NCBI GenBank assembly: GCA_950097015.1
Contig: CATNEN010000038.1
Coordinates: forward strand, 17,546,001 to 17,610,000
DNA from: Macrostomum hystrix
Lineage: Eukaryota > Animalia > Platyhelminthes
DNA length: 64,000 bases
Direction of reading: 5' to 3'
Part shown: in pieces, positions 39,101 through 54,100 of the stretch
How positions within the stretch are numbered: the first letter of the stretch is position 1
Layout of the letters: the number at the start of each line of letters is the position of its first letter
Notes under the pieces: model-generated
Told to the model about the DNA's origin: nothing
Databases searched by the model: none
The model's input: only the letters and a program-made list of their open reading frames with translations
Program-made: the position numbers and the translations under genes

Positions 39101-42100
39101 GCTCCCGACCTTTCGGACCTTTCAGTTAAATTTTTTCAAAAATTAGTTTTAGCTGTCGAATAAACTGTAAAATCTTTAATCTTAGGAGCCAGCCTTCAAA
39201 CCTCAACTTTTTTTCTTCAAAACTCCACAGGTTTATATAAATGGTTCACTGGTTGACTCCATAGCCATACCAACTGCCATACCAGCGATACCAGCAGCGA
39301 CAGCCGTGCTATCAGTTGACACCGGCATCTACTTGGGCTCCGCTGCCGACATGCATGGCAAATCGTCGCCTAAATGCGACATAGATGAGCTGCAGCTCTG
39401 GGAAGCCACTCGCGACGAGCTAATCGCACGGCGAAAGCTCACTCTAGCCGCGGAGCCGAATGCCTACATCTGGGACGACGTCTCTAGGCATCGATTCGTC
39501 GGCGGAACCGCCACTCCGAGTGTTCAAGCCGTTGTCAGGGGCTACCCAAGAGCTGTGTCAGCTCCGCAAGGCTTCGGAACCGGCCTACGAATGAGTCTGG
39601 ACAGGGATTCCATAATGTTCAATGAGAACATTGTGTGCCTAGGTGATCCGCTCAACTACTGCCCCGAAGGCTTTGCAATTGTCCTGCCGCTGAAGTTTGA
39701 GGCGCAAGTGTCCAACATGCCCATCATTTCTAGTGACTCTCTCCAGGTGAGCGCTGATACCAACCGGCTCATCGTCCAGTTTCAGCTCAGTTGGCACATT
39801 TGGAAGGCCACCCTGCCAACCAGCCGCCTCCCAGTGGGTGCCTGGTTTGTCATGTCTATCAGCTGGCAACTGCACGAAGGTCTGCTAGTGTACATTAACG
39901 ATGCTCTTGTTACAGCAGTTTATCAAGCTGGCTTGCAGGATGCTAGAGATACGTCGGACGAGCTAATTATCGGCTCGAATCCGCGATTGGCCTACACAAG
40001 CCAGGTGATGCAGCTTGGCACAGTGACCTGGTGGAATTCTCGATACTCATACGTGCTGAATAGAGCGGCACTTCGAATGCGCAACGACTATCCGGCTGTG
40101 AACATCATCGACGGCCCAGGTGGTTATCAGAATCAACAGCCGAGCAGTCCGGATGCCAGGGTTGAACGGGTGAGGATTGGCAGGTGAGTCCATTGTGAAA
40201 TTAAACTAAATGAACTTATTGATAGTCGATAGAAATACTATTAACTATTAACTCCGCTATCAATTATTAACATACAGATCAGGTCAGATTGTCTACAGGT
40301 TCTCAGGTGTGTCGGACAACTTCGCGCAGACTCTTAATCTGACATTCGCCACTCGAGAGAGAAACGCTCTGCTTTGGTACTCGTTTAGAGAGCCCAATAC
40401 TACAATAATAATATTCCTAAAGGTGTGATAAACTTCTTTTATTCAGTTTAAGACCATGGACAGATACAACGTTTGTTTATAACGAAATTCATTTCCATGC
40501 AGGATGGCAACCTGCACATAAACTATCAAAAAGTTGAGGACACCAGCGGTGGCTTCGGCGGAGTTCAGCACGTATCAAAAAGTGAAATTACTGTCCGTCT
40601 CACTGACATCAACATTGCCGATGGCCTGCCACACACTGTCTTGATAAAAAAGCAGGGCGACAAGCTGGACGTCAGAATTGACAGGCGAGATTTTGAGCGC
40701 CACCAGGTAAGCAACGAGCACTTTTGGCTCGTTCCTGATCGAGGCACCGTCTACGTGGCTGAGCACAGAGATCAGCGAGACACTCCAGGATTCGTTGGTG
40801 ATATTTCTGGTGTGCTTGCCCAGGTAGGCACCCGGCTTAGTTGGGATCTACTTGACAACATCGGTGGAAGAAATCCCCGTCCAGATATTCCGTACACCAT
40901 CACGGGTGATGTGCGCGTTGTCTACACTCGCCCAACTGTACCAGACCGCGGCGGCAGCGGTGGTGGCGGCAGCCCTGGAGGTAGTGGTAGCGGTGGAGGT
41001 AGTCCTGGTGGTGGCAGCACAGGTGGAGGAATCAGTGGAGGAACAAGTGGCGGCGGCAGCGGTAGTTCTTCAAGCCGCGGAGATGGCATCCCTCGGGGAG
41101 GCACGAAGACTTCTTTCACGGTTGAGGACGACAAACTGACGATGGCAACATTTGATCGTCTAAATCGTCGCATTGAAATCGAATTCCTAACCAACGAACC
41201 TCGAGGCGTTCTGTTCTATTCGTAAGTGTACTTTAGTTGTTGTGTAATTAAATATGTACGTCACTAAAATTAACATTTTGACAAATTAAATTTTAGCGGT
41301 TACGTCGCCGTGGGTGCAGACAAGAACAGTTTCCTTCTGTTGGAAATCTTTGATGGCGTCTTCTACCTGGTTGTCTGTCCGCCTGCCATAGAAGTTGTCA
41401 AGGACGAGCGCTATCGCTTCCGGCTAAGCGCGGAAGGCCAGCTGGTGAACGACATGCGGCCGCACAAGGTCCGCCTTTGGATGGACGGACGTCGGCCGGC
41501 CGTAGAGTTCGAAGGCGTTCGAAAGATACTCGGCGATGAGTCACGTCTGGATAATGACTGGCGCTTCAACACGTACACATACATTAGCTTCGATACAGAG
41601 AGCCGACTGCCGTTCCTGTGCTGGTCTCGAGTCAGATTTCACGGCTGCATCAACTACATTATGACCGGAGACGATTCCAAACCGAGCGCTTGGTTCTACA
41701 TGAGACAAGAGAAGTGAGTAGCTTTGTAGCTGTAAACATATTTTGAATGCTTTACACATCAAGAACCTGTAACTTATGAATGTATTATAAGAAACATTAT
41801 CATGATAATTTTAACTAGCAGTCACTACAACGTCTTGGAGTATATGGAAACTGACGAATATAGTACCGAAGAGATAACCTTAGAGCCTGATTGATTGACT
41901 CGGGAAATATGATAGAAAGAGATTAGAAGGCTTAGATGCGATTCGATAGGGAAGAGGTGAAATAAGGTAGAGGTGAGACAAAGGAAAGATCAGTTAGGTG
42001 AGAGGTATGACATGTAAGATATGAGATGTAGATATGACCGGTATTGTCTGAAAAGCCTTACTGACCTTTATTTACACTAGGCATTATTGAGTGAAAAGCA

Positions 42101-45100
42101 CGATAAGTTCAGTGGAATGGACCAAAATAAATTCATGAGAAAGCTAAATAAATTTTCCAAACTTAAGCTGAAGCCTGTGATCTGTGTCGAAAGGAAGTTT
42201 AGAAAAAAACAAGGTCATTCCATAAAAAACTCGGAAATGTATCATTTAGAAAACTAAAAAAAACGAAGTTCTTACTCGTAAAAAGTAAAGTCAATTTTAG
42301 CTCTCTTTCGACCAAAGCATGAGGATTGAATAAGCGTTGACTAATGCCACTCCATCCACCAACATTTATCGTACAGTCTGGTCGAGCACCAAGCCGACGT
42401 GACTGGTCGCAAGACCAACTGCCACCGCCCGAGAATGCTGCCCTGCGATGTTCCAGTGTTCAATAGTACTCGCCACCAGGTGGACCTGTGCTTCATCACG
42501 GAAAAGAATGGCCCCACTAGCAGTGAAACGTGCTCAAATCGATGGAGAAAGAATCATGAAGTTAGTGACAGCATTGGCAGCGCTGTTAGAAGCAGCGGAA
42601 ATCTGCCAACTAAGAACTTCTTCTGCGACTGCAGGCACACGCGGTTCACAAGATCAACGCCTGACGACAACGAGTTTTCCTTTGTCGGCGCACCTTGCAT
42701 TCAACGTAAGCGATTTCAGCACTTGCATGCACTAGCACTTGTGACAGTTCGCAGGCTGTTCAAAAAGCTTTCCAGAGTCACAGACTCACTAAGCGTAAAA
42801 TAATATATAATTGCTAGGACTCTTCAAAGTACTCCCCAGCAACTTCGATCGTACTTCCTCAATCGAAGGAGGCGAATCAAACGGAACTTATTTGAGTAGG
42901 AGCTTGATCTGCCCTGACTTTTCGTCATCAGACACTCTACACTCCCATTATGCCTTGGGGTTCGGCCCTTAAGGGTGTAAATTGCACGAAAAGCAACAAG
43001 ACTTCTCTCCGTGGCTGCGCCTAAAATATAAAATGTGGCGGCCTCGCCTCGGATTGAAGCTCAGGGACCTTGTTGCAAGAGACCGATCACCCCCCCTGAC
43101 TGTCAGGCGAGCGCTGACCATCGAAATAAGTCAGGGCTCATGTGTCTAGGATCTGTCAGTACCAACAGCCTCCTATAGCAATAGCAATCATTAATGATCA
43201 TTTTTAATTGACGACTACCTGAAAGCTGAGTTGACCAGTCTGAGTTAGCCGTATAACAAATTTGAAGGTTTTTACGCCTCCAATGTTTCAGCGGCGCCTC
43301 TGATGACCCTGGACGGTAGCGAGAGATACTTTGTAGCTCGATTCCGCAAAGCCGGCTCGCACCTGGAGACGCACCACGACGACATTTCGATTCGCTTCAA
43401 GACCTCAGAAAGAAACGGCTGCCTATTCAAGGCCTTCCGCATGGAGCCGAATATATTCCTGGAGGCCTACCTGGAGGACGGCAGCCCAGTAATTGCTACT
43501 AATATGCACCGGCGCGATGATCCTAGAATTGAGTCCAGCGAAACTCAGGTACGCTTTTTAACCTTTTTCAATAACAATTTTTAATCTGGTTGAACATGCC
43601 AATCGACTATACGCGTTATGCTACATGAGCAGTAGAAAGACCACATTGGTATTTCAAGTACCCACATTTCCATTTCTTTACCTGCCAAACCATTCAACCA
43701 GTCGCCAATGAAAATCTAGAACATGAGCTACATTTTCGCTCTATCCGATGAAGCAACTTCCAGATTCACAAAACACCGACATCGTCGAGATATTCCATGA
43801 TTCTCGTGGGGGTGTCTGGTGGCAAAATGCCACCAGTATAGGCATAATTTTTCTGCTCACAAAATTTCATCTCGACGATGCTGAAGTTGGACAGCTTTCA
43901 AAGTTAGTTCATCGTAAATGGCAGAAAATGTTGAAGCACATGGTGGACTTTCACAATAATCAGTCATTCGGTTTGAGAGCAATCGTGAAGTAGGCAGTGG
44001 CTAATATAATTTTAAATATTTGAAATAGCCCATGGTCTTTGTATTCGAGGAAAATATCGGAGCAGTCTTTCCAAATGGGGTGGCTAAGTAGCTTGCTCTT
44101 CCTTCTGTTAACTTGCACCCTTATACAATGGGCGTCTGTCTGACAGCTTATCTCACAACAATTTCTGGAGGCAATTGGATTGACATCTCTGCATTGATGA
44201 AGCATGCCTGAATTGATTGATTGTCGAATGGCTGCAGATTATGTTTTATTTGCTTGATTTGCCTAATTAATCTTCAGAAAAAGATTGTGCACAATAATAC
44301 TTCATTGCTGCATGTTAATTAATTCACTGTCTTTGCTGCTGGCTTAACCTGTCATTCTGTATACTAAAGTATTCTATAGCAATAGCAAGTTGTTAATATA
44401 AAAGATTACCAACAAAGACTTGTTAAAATATACGAGTAAAATGTGTACTGCACTACTAGTTTCCTTGCTTGGTACCAATAGGCACCACAAAAGTCAGTTT
44501 AACAATGCCATTTTTACAACGCCCCTGACTTTCAGTGCACCACTCAAAGAGGAGTGTATATTGACTGTCAGGTAAAGTTTGCATTTGTAAAGCAGCGTCT
44601 ATCGACTCTATTTGACACTATTGTAGTTTGCTTATCAGATGAAGTTCATGAAAGCGCCAGCAAGATACAGGTTATACAGCAGAACGTTTGTCACCCCAAG
44701 GAAGTAACTATCTGGCCCTAGTTAAACACTCCTGTCTAACAGGTGGTGGTACCTACGTTGTTTTTTCTCGAGCGCTCAAGTATAGTTGCGAGGACACTTT
44801 GCACTCTCCAGTTCTAATGACGCAGCGTTGCATTTTTAGTACTCTCGTAAAAGAACTTATCGTAGCGAAAAAAATCGTTTTGCTTGCCTGAAATGCTTAT
44901 TTTAATAAGAAGTATACATATTTTTGTGCATTTATTACAGCAACATATTACGAAGTACTTAAATTTCACCTCTAGTAGTAAAAAATAGTCACTATACAAT
45001 AGTCAATGCTGTGGTTTCTGCCATCTCACCTCACTTGTCACCTCGGTAGAAGATAGAAGTCCCATATTTAACTAGCTGAAAATAAGATACGCTAGTAAAA

Positions 45101-48100
45101 TAATAGTAAAATCGTACCATTCACTTAATCGGAAGCGACCATTCATATATCAACCTTGCATTGCAAATGCATGCTAATTTCTGAGAAATTTCCTAAATGT
45201 ATTTCACTGCCTTTGTAATCAAATGATAAGGTGGCCATTTTATATAGCCGCATTATTAAGCAAATACCTTGTAGGATGCCTGTTTCACCAGCATTAGCAC
45301 TAGCACTAGTACACGCTTGAAATACACGGTTCAATATTAGAAATTAGTGTTCCTTTTCAATACTATCGGCCAAGTACGCATTAAAATAAAATGAGATGTC
45401 ACTTTTTTGCTCACACACTTCAGGTCCTCAGGACTACCCGCGCCGGTCCGAGGGTCGGCTACAACGATGACAGATGGCACACTCTTATCATTAAGCGGAG
45501 GGCTAATTACTTGGCTTTCTATGTTGACGACGACAGGCCTGGCATGGAGTTTCAGAAGGGTTCGTCGATCGCGCTTATTAATATGAGCTTGAAAATAAGA
45601 CAAAACGGTCGCAGAATTTCATTTTTATTTTAAAAATTAAATGGGGTTGGTAAATACATATTTTTCGTTTCAAAGATTTTATGTAAGCAACGGAGGTAGT
45701 TAGAACCGGCTAACAAGGGTCACAAAGGAAGCAACCGAGGTAGTTAGAACAGGCTAACAAGGGTCACAAAGGAAACAACGGAGGTAGTTAGAACAGGCTA
45801 ACAAGGGTCACAAAGGAAGCAACCGAGGTAGTTAGAACAGGCTAACAAGGGTCACAAAGGAAACAACGGAGGTAGTTAGAAAAGGCTAACAAGGGTCACA
45901 AAGGAAGCAACCGAGGTAGTTAGAACAGGCTAACAAGGGTCACAAACGAAGCAACGGAGGTAGTTAGGACAGTCTAACAAGGGTCACAAACAAAGCAACG
46001 GAGGTAGTTAGAACAGGCTAACAAGGGTCACAAACGAAGCAACGGAGGTAGTTAGAACAGGCTAACAAGGGTCACAAACAAAGCAACGGAGGTAGTTAGA
46101 ACAGGCTAACAAGGGTCACAAAGGAAGCAACGGAGGAAGTTAGAACAGGCTAACAAGGGTCACAAACGAAGCAACGGAGGTAGTTAGAAAAGGCTAACAA
46201 GGGTCACAAAGGAAGCAACCGAGGTAGTTAGAACAGGCTAACAAGGGTCACAAAGGAAACAACGGAGGTAGTTAGAAAAGGCTAACAAGGGTCACAAAGG
46301 AAGCAACCGAGGTAGTTAGGACAGTCTAACAAGGGTCACAAACAAAGCAACGGAGGTAGTTAGAACAGGCTAACAAGGGTCACAAAGGAAGCAACGGAGG
46401 TAGTTAGAACAGGCTAACAAGGGTCACAAAGGAAGCAACGGAGGTAGTTAGAACAGTCTAAGAAGGGTCACAAACGAAGCAACGGAGGTAGTTAGAACAG
46501 GCAAACAAGGGTCACAAAGGAAGCAACGGAGGTAGTTAGAACAGGCTAACAAGGGTCACAAAGGAAGCAACGGAGGTAGTTAGAACAGTCTAAGAAGGGT
46601 CACAAAGGAAGCAACGGAGGTAGTTAGAACAGGCTAACAAGGGTCACAAACGAAGCAACGGAGGTAGTTAGAACAGGCTTACAAGGGTCACAAAGGAAGC
46701 AACGGAGGTAGTTAGGACAGTCTAACAAGGGTCACAAAGGAAGCAACGGATGTAGTTAGAACAGTCTAACAAGGGTCACAAACGAAGCAACGGAGGTAGT
46801 TAGAACAGGCTAACAAGGGTCACAAACGAAGCAACGGAGGTAGTTAGAGCAGGCTTACAAGGGTTATAAAGGAAGCAACGGAGGTAGTTAGAGCAGGCTA
46901 ACAAGGGTCACAAACGAAGCAACGGAGGTAGTCAGAACAGGCTAACAAGGGTCACAAAGGAAGCAACCGAGGTAGTTAGAACAGGCTAACAAGGGTCACA
47001 AAGGAAGCAACCGAGGTAGTTAGAACAGGCTAACAAGGGTCACAAACGAAGCAACGGAGGTAGTTAGAACAGGCTAACAAGGGTCACAAAGGAAGCAACG
47101 GAGGTAGTTAGGACAGTCTAACAAGGGTCACAAACGAAGCAACGGAGGTAGTTAGAACAGGCTAACAAGGGTCACAAAGGAAGCAACGGATGTAGTTAGA
47201 ACAGGCTAACAAGGGTCACAAAGGAAGCAACGGATGTAGTTAGAACAGGCTAACAAGGGTCACAAAGGAAGCAACGGATGTAGTTAGAACAGTCTAACAA
47301 GGGTCACAAAGGAAGCAACGGAGGTAGTTAGGACAGTCTAACAAGGGTCACAAACGAAGCAACGGAGGTAGTTAGAACAGGCTAACAAGGGTCACAAACG
47401 AAGCAACGGAGGTAGTCAGAACAGGCTAACAAGGGTCACAAACGAAGCAACGGAGGTAGTTAGAACAGGCTAACAAGGGTCACAAAGGAAGCAACGGAGG
47501 TAGTTAGAACAGGCTAACAAGGGTCACAAACGAAGCAACGGAGGTAGTTAGAACAGGCAAACAAGGGTCACAAAGGAAGCAACGGAGGTAGTTAGGACAG
47601 TCTAACAAGGGTCACAAACGAAGCAACGGAGGTAGTTAGAACAGGCTAACAAGGGTCACAAAGGAAGCAACGGAGGTAGTTAGAACAGGCTAACAAGGGT
47701 CACAAAGGAAGCAACGGAGGTAGTTAGAACAGGCTAACAATGGTCACAAAGGAAGCAACCGAGGTAGTTAGAACAGGCTAACAAGGGTCACAAAGGAAGC
47801 AACGGAGGTAGTTAGAACAGGCTAACAAGGGTCACAAAGGAAGCAACCGAGGTAGTTAGAACAGGCTAACAAGGGTCACAAAGGAAGCAACGGAGGTAGT
47901 TAGAACAGGCTAACAAGGGTCACAAAGGAAGCAACCGAGGTAGTTAGAACAGGCTAACAAGGGTCACAAAGGAAGCAACGGAGGTAGTTAGAACAGGCTA
48001 ACAAGGGTCACAAACGAAGCAACGGATGTAGTTAGAACAGGCTAACAAGGGTCACAAAGGAAGCAACGGAGGTAGTTAGAACAGGCTAACAATGGTCACA

Positions 48101-51100
48101 AAGGAAGCAACCGAGGTAGTTAGAACAGGCTAACAAGGGTCACAAAGGAAGCAACCGAGGTAGTTAGAACAGGCTAACAAGGGTCACAAAGGAAGCAACG
48201 GAGGTAGTTAGAACAGGCTAACAAGGGTCACAAAGGAAGCAACGGAGGTAGTTAGAACAGGCTAACAAGGGTCATAAAGGAAGCAACGGAGGTAGTTAGA
48301 ACAGGCTAACAAGGGTCACAAAGGAAGCAACGGAGGTAGTTAGAACAGGCTTACAAGGGTCACAAACGAAGCAACGGATGTAGTTAGAACAGGCTAACAA
48401 GGGTCACAAAGGAAGCAACGGAGGTAGTTAGAACAGGCTAACAAGGGTCACAAACGAAGCAACGGAGGTAGTTAGAACAGGCTAACAAGGGTCACAAACG
48501 AAGCAACGGAGGTAGTTAGAACAGGCTAACAAGGGTCACAAAGGAAGCAACGGAGGTAGTTAGAACAGGCTAACAAGGGTCACAAACGAAGCAACGGAGG
48601 TAGTTAGAACAGGCTTACAAGGGTCACAAACGAAGCAACGGATGTAGTTAGAACAGGCTAACAAGGGTCACAAAGGAAGCAACGGAGGTAGTTAGAACAG
48701 GCTAACAAGGGTCACAAAGGAAGCAACGGAGGTAGTTAGAACAGGCTAACAAGGGTCACAAAGGAAGCAACGGAGGTAGTTAGAACAGGCTAACAAGGGT
48801 CACAAAGGAAGCAACCGAGGTAGTTAGAACAGGCTAACAAGGGTCACAAAGGAAGCAACGGAGGTAGTTAGGACAGTCTAACAAGGGTCACAAACGAAGC
48901 AACGGAGGTAGTTAGAACAGGCTAACAAGGGTCACAAAGGAAGCAACGGAGGTAGTTAGAACAGGCTAACAAGGGTCACAAAGGAAGCAACGGAGGTAGT
49001 TAGAACAGTCTAACAAGGGTCACAAACGAAGCAACGGAGGTAGTTAGAACAGGCTAACAAGGGTCACAAACGAAGCAACGGAGGTAGTTAGAACAGGCTA
49101 ACAAGGGTCACAAACGAAGCAACGGAGGTAGTTAGAACAGGCTAAGAAGGGTCACAAAGGAAGCAACGGAGGTAGTTAGAACAGGCTAACAAGGGTCACA
49201 AAGGAAGCAACCGAGGTAGTTAGAACAGGCTAACAAGGGTCACAAAGGAAGCAACCGAGGTAGTTAGAACAGGCTAACAAGGGTCACAAAGGAAGCAACG
49301 GAGGTAGTTAGAGCAGGCTAACAAGGGTCACAAACGAAGCAACGGAGGTAGTTAGAGCAGGCTTACAAGGGTTATAAAGGAAGCAACGGAGGTAGTTAGA
49401 ACAGGCTAACAAGGGTCACAAACGAAGCAACGGAGGTAGTCAGAACAGGCTAACAAGGGTCACAAAGGAAGCAACCGAGGTAGTTAGAACAGGCTAACAA
49501 GGGTCACAAAGGAAGCAACGGAGGTAGTTAGAACAGGCTAACAAGGGTCACAAAGGAAGCAACGGAGGTAGTTAGGACAGTCTAACAAGGGTCACAAAGG
49601 AAGCAACCGAGGTAGTTAGAAAAGGCTAACAAGGGTCACAAAGGAAGCAACCGAGGTAGTTAGAACAGTCTAACAAGGGTCACAAACGAAGCAACGGAGG
49701 TAGTTAGAACAGGCTTACAAGGGTCACAAAGGAAGCAACGGAGGTAGTTAGAACAGTCTAATAAGGGTCACGAAGGAAGCAACGGAGGTAGTTAGAGCAG
49801 GCTTACAAGGGTCACAAAGGAACAGTCACATGAGCTCTGTAAATGTCAACTGACTCACCAATGCGGCAATGTGGCAGTGCGGCGAATAAACGCTACGCAT
49901 TTCCTGCAATTTCAGTTCTGCTGGAAGTGGACACGAGAAGAGGCTTTGTCTGGCAAATTGACAGCATTGACATCGGCGGCTGCAATTTGGCCACAATGAC
50001 CGGACCGTTTGACAGCTTCTACGGCTTCAAGGGCGAATTGCAGAACTTCCATTGGCTAACACCGCGGAACCTCTACGATCTGTTCCGTGCGTCCAAGCGG
50101 TTCCAGCTAGAAGTGAAAATTCCCGATCACATGACCACGCCAACACCGGCGCCAACGAGACCCAGCCCACCTGAAAAGCCAGAGAGTGAGTACACGTTGA
50201 CCTTCTTGCATCAGCATCAGTTCAGCCGCCTATCGAGCGGGGCAGTCATGCTGCGCAACATCGACGAAAAGGGCTTCACCATGGAGCTGTCATTCAGAAC
50301 AAAGGACAACAGCGCTGTGCTAGTCTTCATCAACATACTGCAGGAAACTGAGAAATACTTTGGCCTTGAGCTTTACGAAGGCCGCCTTCGGTATAGCTTC
50401 AACTTGAAGGAGCGCTACTCAGAAAACGTACCTCACATGGGCCAACTGAATGACGACCGTTGGCATCGGGTGTGGCTGCATATTTTTACACCGAATCGTT
50501 ATGGGCGGAATCAGAACCGGATGTACTTTGTTGTTGACGACGTAAACATCGAAGGCCCATCAGTTTCGAGCATGTTCACCTATCAGGGCGAGGTTTACCT
50601 GGGAGGCGTCGCTGATAGCATCGCAAGAAATCTCGGACGCTACGGATTCCGATCGTTCTCCAAGCCACAGTTCTCCGGTTGCATGGCGTCTGTGGTATTT
50701 TACCAGACCTCGGGCCACATTGCTCCACTCAACGGGGCCTACAACCTCGAGTTTGAGCCCAGCGGAAGTGTCATTCGGGGCTCCGTCTGCCAGCTGATGC
50801 GCTGCGCTGACCAGGTCGACTTCTGCTCCAACGGCGGCACCTGCCGCGAGTCAGCCGACGGTCGCCTCGAATGCGTCTGCCCCGCTGGCATCGGTGGCGA
50901 GCGCTGCGAGCAACGCCCGGAGTGCCCATCGAACTACTGCAACGGCAGGGGCGCCTGCGACTGTCAGGGCCGCTATCCCTGCACCCCGCGCTGTGTCTGC
51001 GAAGCCGATTGGTCTGGCGACCGCTGCCAGTACCGGGTCACCTGTCCGGACAGCTCTCGCTGCCGCAACGGTGGCACTTGTACTTGCGACGGCAGCGGAC

Positions 51101-54100
51101 CCAGCCTCACCTGCAGCCCACGGTGCAGATGTCTGCCCGGCTTCACTGGCATCTTCTGCGAAACAGAGCTCCGCTGCGACCCCAGCCTGTGCCAGAACGG
51201 AGGCATCTGCTACTGCGACCCAGTCGAGCTCGCAAGAGGCCGATGCGTCACCCGGTGCAGGTGCCGCACTTTTTACAGTGGCGACTACTGTGAGAACTTT
51301 AACTGCAACGTCTACTTGAACCAGTGCAACGGTCGGGGCACATGTAATTGCCGCAGCGAAGTCGACTGTCGTTGCAACTGTCGCAACGGCTACACGGGTT
51401 TGCAATGCGAGCAGCAGCCGGAGCAGTGCGATGGAATAATCTGCGGCAACTTTGGCTTCTGCAGAGTAATCAACGGTCAACGTTCGTGCGACTGCAGCCG
51501 CAGCGGCTACTTGGCCGACGGCATGAAGTGCTCTCGCCCGGCTGAAGGCTTCCTAATTAGTGGAGAAGTGCGCGACCTGACATCTGGAACCGTGTCAAAG
51601 CCGACACCCGGCGGCTACTATGTACTGCAGCTACCGTCTCCTCGGTTGACAGATGCTGACAATGTGACCATTGGCTTTCAGACGTACAACAAGGCAAATA
51701 CCAGCACGCTCCTGACTTTCAACGGTACAAACGCTCAGTTCTGGAACTTGGAGCTGGATGATGGCGAGTTGAAGCTGAACCACAACTCGGTTCGCTATTC
51801 CATTCGCCTGCCAAACAGTGTCAACTTGGCCGATGGTACACTACATACCATTTACCTGGAGCGCGAGGGAAATAGCTATAGAGTGTTCGTAAACGGCACC
51901 TATTTGACGAGGTTTTCGACTTGTAAGCATTAAATCTTTCTTTATTTACCTGACTCAAGTATTTAAATTTAATCAACTAAAACTTTGAATTTGCTCTGGA
52001 TTTACAGCCGGTCAAGGATTTCCCTACCATCAGATCATCTTTGGTGCTGATCCCCGCGGTGGCAATATCTTCTACGGCACCGTTGGCAGTAAGTAATTGG
52101 GGCACTGATTATCAGAATGAAATCAGACGGCCGGCCCAGTTTTCCCCTGGGCTTCAATAATAGTGATATTTTTTTAGGAGGGCTGATAAGCAATGGCACA
52201 CAATTTAGAACTTAGTGACAGCGGACCTGTATCCAGCGTGGAGGCAATTCTGCCTATTTCGCTGACTCCTGAGCACACACGCACATAGATACACGCTCAC
52301 ACATATCTGTACATCTGCCCTGACTTGGCCCTAAAGGGCGTAAATTGCATGACAAGCTTCCAAGCCCGCAAATAAATGCGGCCTCGCCACGGAATCGAAC
52401 TAAGGGACCTTTGTGCTAAAGGCAAATGCGTTAACCACTCTGCCACTCACCCCCCCAAAGAACTATAACTATGTTGGTAATTCAAATAAAAAGTTTAAAA
52501 CAAATCTTTCAGATTTAAAGTGGAATGGGGCAGTCTACGACCGGTCTCAGTTGCCCGATAGTGGCCGGCGACCCACCTACGATCACGTGACACCGCTGCC
52601 TCTGCCCGCCAACCTGGTGAGGCCGCCGACGTGCCGTGACTCACCCGGATACTGCGCGAACGGAGGTATCTGCAGAGAACACGGCATCTGGCTTGCTTGC
52701 GACTGCGTGCCGCCCTACTATGGGACCAAGTGTACAAACTGTAAGTTAGAGCATTCACGACTATTAACATGGGATTTTGCAATTGCAAAAGTTACCATTG
52801 AAACTCGTCACTTTCAGCGCCGTGGGGCATACACATTCGCGCCGAGAACAACAAAGACTCCTGCGCAATAATGCGGGTCTCCTCCGTGCCAACCGGGAGC
52901 GACGGCTCATCGCGCACCGAGAGCTTCCGCTTCGGCTTTCAGACCTTCCAATCAACTGCCGTGCTAGTCACGGTGTACAATCGGAAGGACCAGTTCTGGC
53001 AGCTTTTCCTGAGAGACGGTCGGGTGCATCTGCGCGACTCGTTCAGTCGCGACTCGCGGCTTGTGTTCTACTCAAAGGTGAACGACGGCGCGGCGCACAC
53101 CATCGTTGGAAGTCGTGACGATCAGAGCCTTAGCTTCTTCCTGGATGGCGAAGGTGGCCTGGTGGATCGGTACTCGCTGAACCAAAGCCTTTTCGTATCG
53201 GGTGGCCAATTTGAGCACGGCAAGCTGGAGTTCGGCGCCGGAAATTACAGCGACGGACCGGGACGTCCGGAGTACACGCTGTGTTTTCTGGGCGCAATCG
53301 GGGGTGAGTCGGTGCTGCTCAGTCATTCGCAGAAGAAGATCTGAGCGGAAAAACTCATCGAACTTGATGCAGTAAAGTTCGGTCACATACCACCAAGGTC
53401 TTCTGTACTGACAGTAGTGTGTTTAGCAAATCTTTGCATTTCAAAACAGTTAAATTAGCTAGTAAAACTACTGATTAGCAATCTACTAGCAAGTTTTGCC
53501 CACCCCCTCATCGCGGAGCACAAACAATTACTTTTAATTCCTCTTTGCTTTTAAGTTTGCTGTGTATTCTACTTTAGCAACCAGCCTGTAGTTTTATGCC
53601 TCAATTAGATCAATCCCCGATCATTGCTGGAAAACTAACCATTAAGGATCCCTCATAAGTTGGCCGATTTCACCAAAGCTGGTAAACTATGACCCAGATT
53701 TCTCAACCGGGCCCTTTTAACTAATTTTCTACCGACGCGAACCTCAAAGGCATCGAGTGGAACGGACTCCGGCCCATAGACGATGGCAATTTCTGTCCGA
53801 ATTGGTGCGGAACCTGGCCCAGCACAGTGAGGCCGATTCCGTTTCCAACGACGCTCCCTATTTACGACTTCGTGAATCCTGATCTCGGCGGCGGGGGCTT
53901 GCTCCTACCCAACGGCGGTTACGCGGACGTGGGCACTGGACCCGCAGAGATTGAAACAGATCTTTTCTATCCGGGTAGCAACGGTGAAATTACCGCTGTC
54001 GGCGCAGGCGCTGTAGTAATGAGTGGCACCGGCGGTGGCGCTGGCGGTGGCGCCGGGGTTGTGCCAGGACTGGCAGCGGCCGGGTTCGGTGTCGGCGCAG

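Noticed and set aside
45686-49820. CRISPR-like appearance of the 44-bp and 41-bp arrays
   Set aside because: Units are contiguous with no unique spacers, there are no cas genes, and the context is eukaryotic.
50851-51480. Antisense and alternate-frame ORFs over GC-rich exons
   Set aside because: Shadow ORFs of the real coding frame.
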